Shown here: piece by piece, positions 58,840 through 64,000 of the stretch
How positions within the stretch are numbered: position 1 is the first letter of the stretch
How the letters are laid out: each line of letters begins with the position of its first letter
Source of the DNA: Elusimicrobiota bacterium
Lineage (GTDB): Bacteria > Elusimicrobiota > Endomicrobiia > Endomicrobiales > JBDRNC01
Reading direction: 5' to 3'
NCBI GenBank assembly: GCA_043811535.1
Contig: JBDRNC010000018.1
Location: 1 to 64,000 of the forward strand
Length of the DNA stretch: 64,000 nucleotides
Notes under the pieces: generated by a model
Database searches by the model: none
What the model saw: the letters and a program-made list of their open reading frames with translations, nothing else
What the model was told of the DNA's origin: nothing
Program-made: the position numbers and the translations under genes

Positions 58840-61800
58840 TTATTTCACTACAAGTATCGTTCCGCTTATAAGTTGGGTTTCGGTCTTTATCTGGTAGATA
58901 TATACACCGCCTTCGACTATATCGCCGTTCTCGTCCTTGCCGTCCCATATGCTCAGGCCGTTCTCTAATGCCCTGACTTTGGCGCCCTTCACGTCATAGA
59001 TGTTGATCTTGATATCACCGCTTACCCCGAACTGGGCGTAGTCATTCTTGCCCGGTGAACCCGCCGGCGTGATTATTTTTTCCTTGGGCCTGTAATCGTC
59101 AGCTGACAGAACTTTTGCCGAAAAAACCGCGTACCTCGAAAGATGCATGACCTGGACTGTTACTGTTTTCTTGTCTACGTCAACCTTGCCGCCGATAAAC
59201 CTCCACTCGAGACCGTCCCACCAGAACATGCGCATCTTGCGTTCGTCCTTGCCTGACGAATCCTCAATACCGTTCCTGTCCAGGTCGGTGTAGAGCATCG
59301 TCAGAGTCACGGGCTTGAGGAAAGTCGTTTCCTTGGATCCCGCTGTGAAATCATAGACCGTGGAGGGATACTGGGTGTCGGCCGGCGGATTACCTGACTG
59401 GACGTCTGTCCTGTTTTTTTGCTCTATTGAAAGATTGACAGGCGAAGAGAGCGCCCCCGCGGGGATATCAATGCTGGTGTTTCCGTCTTCAGGATTGCCG
59501 TCGTCAACAGTTAGTTTCCCGGAAATGAAATTGTCCACAGTGGTTTTCTGCGATATGATAGTAGTGCCCGTCGAAGTTCCCGAGGCATACCCGGAAGAGC
59601 TTACTGCGGTCCAGAAATATTGAATTGTGCAACTCTGGGTTATCGTATCTTTCAAATCCATCGAATATATCGTGCATGAGGACTCCACTATCGCGGGAAC
59701 CCATGCCGCGGAATTGACTGAATAGTTAAATGTGACAGTCTGCGTGCTGCTTTCCGGATCGGTCGAACTGATTTTGAACATCAGTTTCCCCCCTATCATA
59801 CCTATCCTTTCCGGAGGTTTGACAAGTTCGGTGATAACAGGAGGTGTGGTGTCAGTATTTGACGGCGTCGAGGAATCATCATTTTGTCCATTTTCTATTT
59901 GCGATACCAGCTCCCATACGGCGCGCGGCCTCATATATTGGCTCGGGTTCGCTCCCCACTCCGGCGGTCTCGGGTTTTTACCGTCGCAGTGCCATGCTTC
60001 AGGGACATTAAACCAGTATGCGGTCTCTTCATTAACATATACGGTATAATACAGCCCGTACGCCGTTTTCAGCGCTTCATCTTTCAATCCATTGCGATAC
60101 ATGCTTGCCGCCAGAGAATATGTGTTTCCAACCCAAACTTCATCCGATTGCTGATAGCCAAGCTTTTCCCCGTTTTCCTTTATGCCGTTAAGCGCTCCCA
60201 CATCCCCTATGCCGTCGCTGGTATAATCCGTGCATGGAACTACCAGCTTGTCGTAAATCTTGAGAAGATGCGCTTTCATGCGCTCTTTCGGCAATATATC
60301 CGCTAACCCCGTATATTCACAATACCTTTGCCCGTTTAACCCGTCTGCCATAATAGCCGTAGGGAAATCACCCGCGGTATCAGTTTTATAATACCCCCCT
60401 GCGCTGTACCATAATTGAGAGTTCAAATTGCTCTTCGCGTTTGTAAGCCACGTGCTTACTTCCGACAGGATCGGGTCACTTTCTACCTGGGCCATTTTTT
60501 CCAATGCCTCCAAAGCTCCGACCCACAATCCGCCGCAGAGTATCCCCGTGCCAAAAAACCTCCAGGTATCAAAAGTTGTATCTCCAAAAGCGCCTGCCTG
60601 GTTATTGATAATGTAATCACTGTCTGTGTCGAGCGTCTTGGCATATTCAAAAGTATCTTTTATCGCCGGCCAAACGTAATCAAGGAAGTCTTTATCCTGT
60701 GAAAAATAATAATATCTCCAGCATTGCTGAATGAATCTTGAGGGCAAATCCTTCCACAACAACCCATTCCATGGGTATCCAAAAGAAAATAACGGGTCAA
60801 ATCCGGGATCTCCCAAATCGTGCGGCGTTTCATGCGCGGGATGCCCGCCCGGAACCGGCGAATATTCAATTGCGTCCGCGTAAACTTTCAGAGTGGTCTT
60901 CTCTATATCCGGCCAGAACAAAAGATACATAATTGAATTATAGTGCCTAACGTCAAGAGGCGATAAAGCCGTATATGCCTGGCATTCTATTTCCATATGC
61001 TTGTAGTCATTTTCGTGTAATCCCTCAAATTCCTGCACATGCCCGGATTTTAGGCCAGCTTCAAAAAATATCCCGCCGAACTGTGAATAATAAAGCTCGT
61101 TAAAAGCCGCTGTTTTTAGCCATTCCGGCAATTTCGTGCTTTCAACGTAGGGCTTCATCCACGCGTATACGCTGTCTTCCCATTCAAGATATTTCGTAAG
61201 CCCTTCTACCGCGATGTTAAACGAATTATCGCTGTTCGTGCTGAAATACATGGTATATTTTTTCCACCATTCGGTCCCGTCACCATCTACATTTTTGAAC
61301 TTTGTAAGCGGAAAATCCCACGCCAAAACAATCGGAATATCAACATTCTGCCCGGGCTCAAGATAGACCCTTACAGCGATCGCGCCGGCAGAGTTCGAGC
61401 CGTCAAGCGCCGAATCCGAAAGAACACCGTCATCGGCAAAATTATCCCAGATATCCCCGCCATCGCCGGATTTATTCCAGCTTGTGACATATGAAACCGT
61501 GGAACCCGGAATGCCGTAGGCGGCGATACACCACTCTGAATTTTGAGTTTCCGGAGTGTTTGTGCCGTCAACCGCTTTCAAAACAATCCCCTTTATCGCG
61601 CCGGACGAGTTTAAAATAGATTGGAAACCCGTTCTGACATGATTGCTGTAAATGGCATTGGGAAAAGTAAACATAACGGATATTTCCGTGGGAGTTGCGG
61701 ATTTATTATGCAATTTCCAATGCCACACGGCTATGGGGTAGCTTGATTCCTTGTAATTATCGGCAATTATCGGGGAAAAGAATTTTGATTCAACATCCGA

Positions 61801-62241
61801 TGAAAATATAGAGTAAGTAGTCCAGCCGAAAGGTTGCAGCGCATAATAATCGCCGTCGCCTGTTGAAATCTGATTTGACCCTCCCGGCCCGCGGAATGCG
61901 GGCATCATATTTTCGTAGGTTGAAAGGCATTTAACCGTCGCGGGATTGGCGCCGACTTTTTCATATATATGGAACGCGGCCTCATACAGCCAATACTGGG
62001 ACAGCCCCGGGTATTCCGGCACACCCCATGGTCCGAAAGCTCCGCTTATCGAATACATAAATGAATTTGCTCCAAATCCGCCTAATGCGATCCCCCTATT
62101 TACTGACTGAGAAGCCGGGCTGGGCGGCAAATCGCCTATGTCCCTGTGCCAGGCGCAAACCGGGATATCGAACAACGCGGAACAGCAATTTTCTGAAAAA
62201 AATAAAATCAATGATAAACATGCAATAAACCAGTATTTCAT
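58840..62241 (-). CDS. Secreted GH116 beta-glucosidase-like enzyme + ZU5/GAIN-like HLS domain + T9SS type B-like CTD
   Basis: GIALGGFG, ESSYP, FNELY, EC..Y...DVRHY, WKDLP, DTTFDTW, QSDEVWVG, YMRPRAVW; VMHLSRYAVF; IITPAGSPGKND...IYDVKG..VR...WDGKD...GGVYIY...GTILVVK. Confidence 0.88.
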   Translation of the reverse strand: MKYWFIACLSLILFFSENCCSALFDIPVCAWHRDIGDLPPSPASQSVNRGIALGGFGANSFMYSISGAFGPWGVPEYPGLSQYWLYEAAFHIYEKVGANPATVKCLSTYENMMPAFRGPGGSNQISTGDGDYYALQPFGWTTYSIFSSDVESKFFSPIIADNYKESSYPIAVWHWKLHNKSATPTEISVMFTFPNAIYSNHVRTGFQSILNSSGAIKGIVLKAVDGTNTPETQNSEWCIAAYGIPGSTVSYVTSWNKSGDGGDIWDNFADDGVLSDSALDGSNSAGAIAVRVYLEPGQNVDIPIVLAWDFPLTKFKNVDGDGTEWWKKYTMYFSTNSDNSFNIAVEGLTKYLEWEDSVYAWMKPYVESTKLPEWLKTAAFNELYYSQFGGIFFEAGLKSGHVQEFEGLHENDYKHMEIECQAYTALSPLDVRHYNSIMYLLFWPDIEKTTLKVYADAIEYSPVPGGHPAHETPHDLGDPGFDPLFSFGYPWNGLLWKDLPSRFIQQCWRYYYFSQDKDFLDYVWPAIKDTFEYAKTLDTDSDYIINNQAGAFGDTTFDTWRFFGTGILCGGLWVGALEALEKMAQVESDPILSEVSTWLTNAKSNLNSQLWYSAGGYYKTDTAGDFPTAIMADGLNGQRYCEYTGLADILPKERMKAHLLKIYDKLVVPCTDYTSDGIGDVGALNGIKENGEKLGYQQSDEVWVGNTYSLAASMYRNGLKDEALKTAYGLYYTVYVNEETAYWFNVPEAWHCDGKNPRPPEWGANPSQYMRPRAVWELVSQIENGQNDDSSTPSNTDTTPPVITELVKPPERIGMIGGKLMFKISSTDPESSTQTVTFNYSVNSAAWVPAIVESSCTIYSMDLKDTITQSCTIQYFWTAVSSSGYASGTSTGTTIISQKTTVDNFISGKLTVDDGNPEDGNTSIDIPAGALSSPVNLSIEQKNRTDVQSGNPPADTQYPSTVYDFTAGSKETTFLKPVTLTMLYTDLDRNGIEDSSGKDERKMRMFWWDGLEWRFIGGKVDVDKKTVTVQVMHLSRYAVFSAKVLSADDYRPKEKIITPAGSPGKNDYAQFGVSGDIKINIYDVKGAKVRALENGLSIWDGKDENGDIVEGGVYIYQIKTETQLISGTILVVK

Positions 62242-62259
62242 TTGAAATAACCCCTCAAT

Positions 62260-63819
62260 TTACTTCCATAAATTCATAAATTGATAATATATTTTTCTCG
62301 GCGTTACTTTATCGAGGTTATTGTCCCCTTTCTCCACTTTTACAATGCCGTACCATTCTGCCGGCCAGGCCTCGGGAGGTTTTTCATGTTTCAAGGGGTT
62401 TCCGCTCTTCCACCATTCATCGGAATACGCCATAACGCAGCCGCCGATACAGATGTCTTTTTTCGCGGTAATCTTTGCCCATTCGGACAGGTCATACTTG
62501 GACTGAGAATCTTCGCCCTCAATATTGTCCTTGAAATCCCAGGCAGGAATGCCGTATTCCGCCACCCAAAACGGCTTTTTTGATATTTTCTTGTATTTGT
62601 CAATATTATCTTCGATAGGATATAATGTCGAACCCCAGCAATCCAACGCCCACATGGAATCATCGTCAATATTCATATTCACATCGCCGATAAAATCCAC
62701 TCCCGCATTAGCGGTTGTTACGGGGTGGTAATGAGCCCCTTCGATTTCATATGCAATCTCGGCTAATTCTTCAAGCAGGGTGTACCAAAAGTATTTATCC
62801 TTGTTATACCACGCGTTCATTTCATTCCCGGGACACCACATCAAAACCGCCGGATGCTTGCAGTACTTTTTAACATATTCCCTAAACTCATTTTTCACCT
62901 TGTTCCTGTCGGTACCTTTGGAAAAATCCAGCAGGTTCTGATTTATCCTAAATCCCATGATTACATATACACCGTATTTGCGCGCCATATCCAGCAATAG
63001 TTCATCTTCCACGGTCGCCCAGGTTCTTATCGTATTGCAACCCATTTTTTTTAGCAAAGAAAGATCTCTCTTAAGAATTCTTTTATCGCCGGAGAAATTA
63101 TAAGATTTGACTTCAAGGGTGTTCCAGTCTTCCCCAAACCCGATCGGAAGCGGGCTGTATCCAACACCCTTAACGAAGAATTCCCTGCCGTTTACTATTA
63201 ACTTATTATTTTCTAATCTTATCGTGCCCTTGCTGACCGGTTTCTCCTTTTTGGCTATTTGGGAATTTGTTCTTATCCAAATTCCAATATCATCGATGAA
63301 CAATTCCATTGAACCCTTAATGTATTTTAATCCAAATCCATTAATTTTAGACAAAGTCAGGCGCTTATCCCCATCTGTATTGCCTGAATCCCTGGAAACC
63401 TTCATTTTATCCACAGCTATGTTAACTTCATTCCATTTCCCATTATTCACCGGAATATCTTCAGACTCCCATAATTCATTATCTCTGTCTATGAGAAATA
63501 TCCTGACCACTCCGCTTTCACTTGATTTTAAATTGATTTTTATCATACTTAGTCCGGAGTAATTATCGTCACCGATGTCTATTACAAAACCATCTTCATT
63601 CTTATTTTTACCGAATTCTGCCATAGCCGAGTAACTCCCTTTATATATATTGTCCCGCTCGCCGCATATATTCACATCCGCTTTATACTCCTCGCCGTAT
63701 TTCAGGAATAAAAATCCTTTTTCAAAACCGATATCTTTAACCCTCTTGTCTTCCGGATGCGCCGGTGTCAAGGCCATTAATAATACGCATGCCAGAAGAA
63801 TTAATTGTTGTGCTTTCAT
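62260..63819 (-). CDS. Exported CBM-like + GH-A clan (GH2-like) TIM-barrel glycosidase
   Basis: Signal peptide; FFVKGVGY, GCNTIRTW, HPAVLMW.PGNE, KPFWVAEYG, SDEWWK. Confidence 0.8.
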   Translation of the reverse strand: MKAQQLILLACVLLMALTPAHPEDKRVKDIGFEKGFLFLKYGEEYKADVNICGERDNIYKGSYSAMAEFGKNKNEDGFVIDIGDDNYSGLSMIKINLKSSESGVVRIFLIDRDNELWESEDIPVNNGKWNEVNIAVDKMKVSRDSGNTDGDKRLTLSKINGFGLKYIKGSMELFIDDIGIWIRTNSQIAKKEKPVSKGTIRLENNKLIVNGREFFVKGVGYSPLPIGFGEDWNTLEVKSYNFSGDKRILKRDLSLLKKMGCNTIRTWATVEDELLLDMARKYGVYVIMGFRINQNLLDFSKGTDRNKVKNEFREYVKKYCKHPAVLMWCPGNEMNAWYNKDKYFWYTLLEELAEIAYEIEGAHYHPVTTANAGVDFIGDVNMNIDDDSMWALDCWGSTLYPIEDNIDKYKKISKKPFWVAEYGIPAWDFKDNIEGEDSQSKYDLSEWAKITAKKDICIGGCVMAYSDEWWKSGNPLKHEKPPEAWPAEWYGIVKVEKGDNNLDKVTPRKIYYQFMNLWK

Positions 63820-64000
63820 TTGAAGACCTCTATTTCATATATTGAATAACCGTATTTACTGGTTCTTTCTTCGCAAAATATCCTAATATAACTTACCGGG
63901 GTAGGAACAAACTTTATTATCTTTTCCTCTCCTTCCTTTCCGTCTTCAACTTCCGCTTTATTAATCCATTCAATCCCGTCATTCGAAGTCTGAATTTCAT
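63816..64000 (-). CDS. 3' end of a gene ending in an F5/8 (discoidin/CBM32-like) domain; partial
   Basis: My translation: EIQTSNDGIEW...VSYIRIFCEERTSKYGYSIYEIEVFK*; TGA overlaps the next ATG. Confidence 0.8.
   Translation of the reverse strand, partial: EIQTSNDGIEWINKAEVEDGKEGEEKIIKFVPTPVSYIRIFCEERTSKYGYSIYEIEVFK

Noticed and set aside
63920..63960. Pyrimidine-rich stretch resembling a CTTCC heptamer arm
   Set aside because: It is the antisense of coding sequence (AEVEDGKEGEEK) of the partial F5/8 gene.

Overview
A 64-kb chromosomal segment of a diderm bacterium. An Elusimicrobiota-like origin is my inference from gene content, not a database result. Housekeeping blocks: nadB; panB/panC/folK; a complete DapL-type lysine pathway (lysA-dapF-dapA-dapB-FAH-hyp-dapL); argB-argD-argG-argH; rsmD; yjbQ; Re-citrate synthase; tRNA-Ala(GGC). 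Signalling: two sensor kinases, a response regulator and a CHASE2 Ser/Thr kinase-PP2C-FHA operon. Two carbohydrate loci: a LacI-led CBM/GH30/GH42-like cluster at 40.6-49.1 kb, and GH35, GH116 and GH2-like genes at 55-64 kb. Three things stand out. (1) The same module occurs twice: a secreted passenger, then a ZU5/GAIN-like domain with an H-L-S autoproteolysis motif, then a T9SS-like C-terminal domain, with its own PorV/PorP-like beta-barrel encoded directly downstream. This suggests a self-cleaving surface display/release system. (2) More than 20 gene junctions carry inverted arms built from 7- or 8-nt periodic units of several families. The arms usually start at the upstream stop codon. In three outer-membrane genes the second arm encodes the signal peptide, so the hairpin encloses the RBS and start codon; a TolC signal peptide carries a lone arm. 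(3) A 40-bp duplicate of the lacI 3' end is fused in frame to a truncated glycosidase paralog. GTAG-type REP doublets and a 22-bp-period array are also present. No CRISPR array, integrase or transposase was found.
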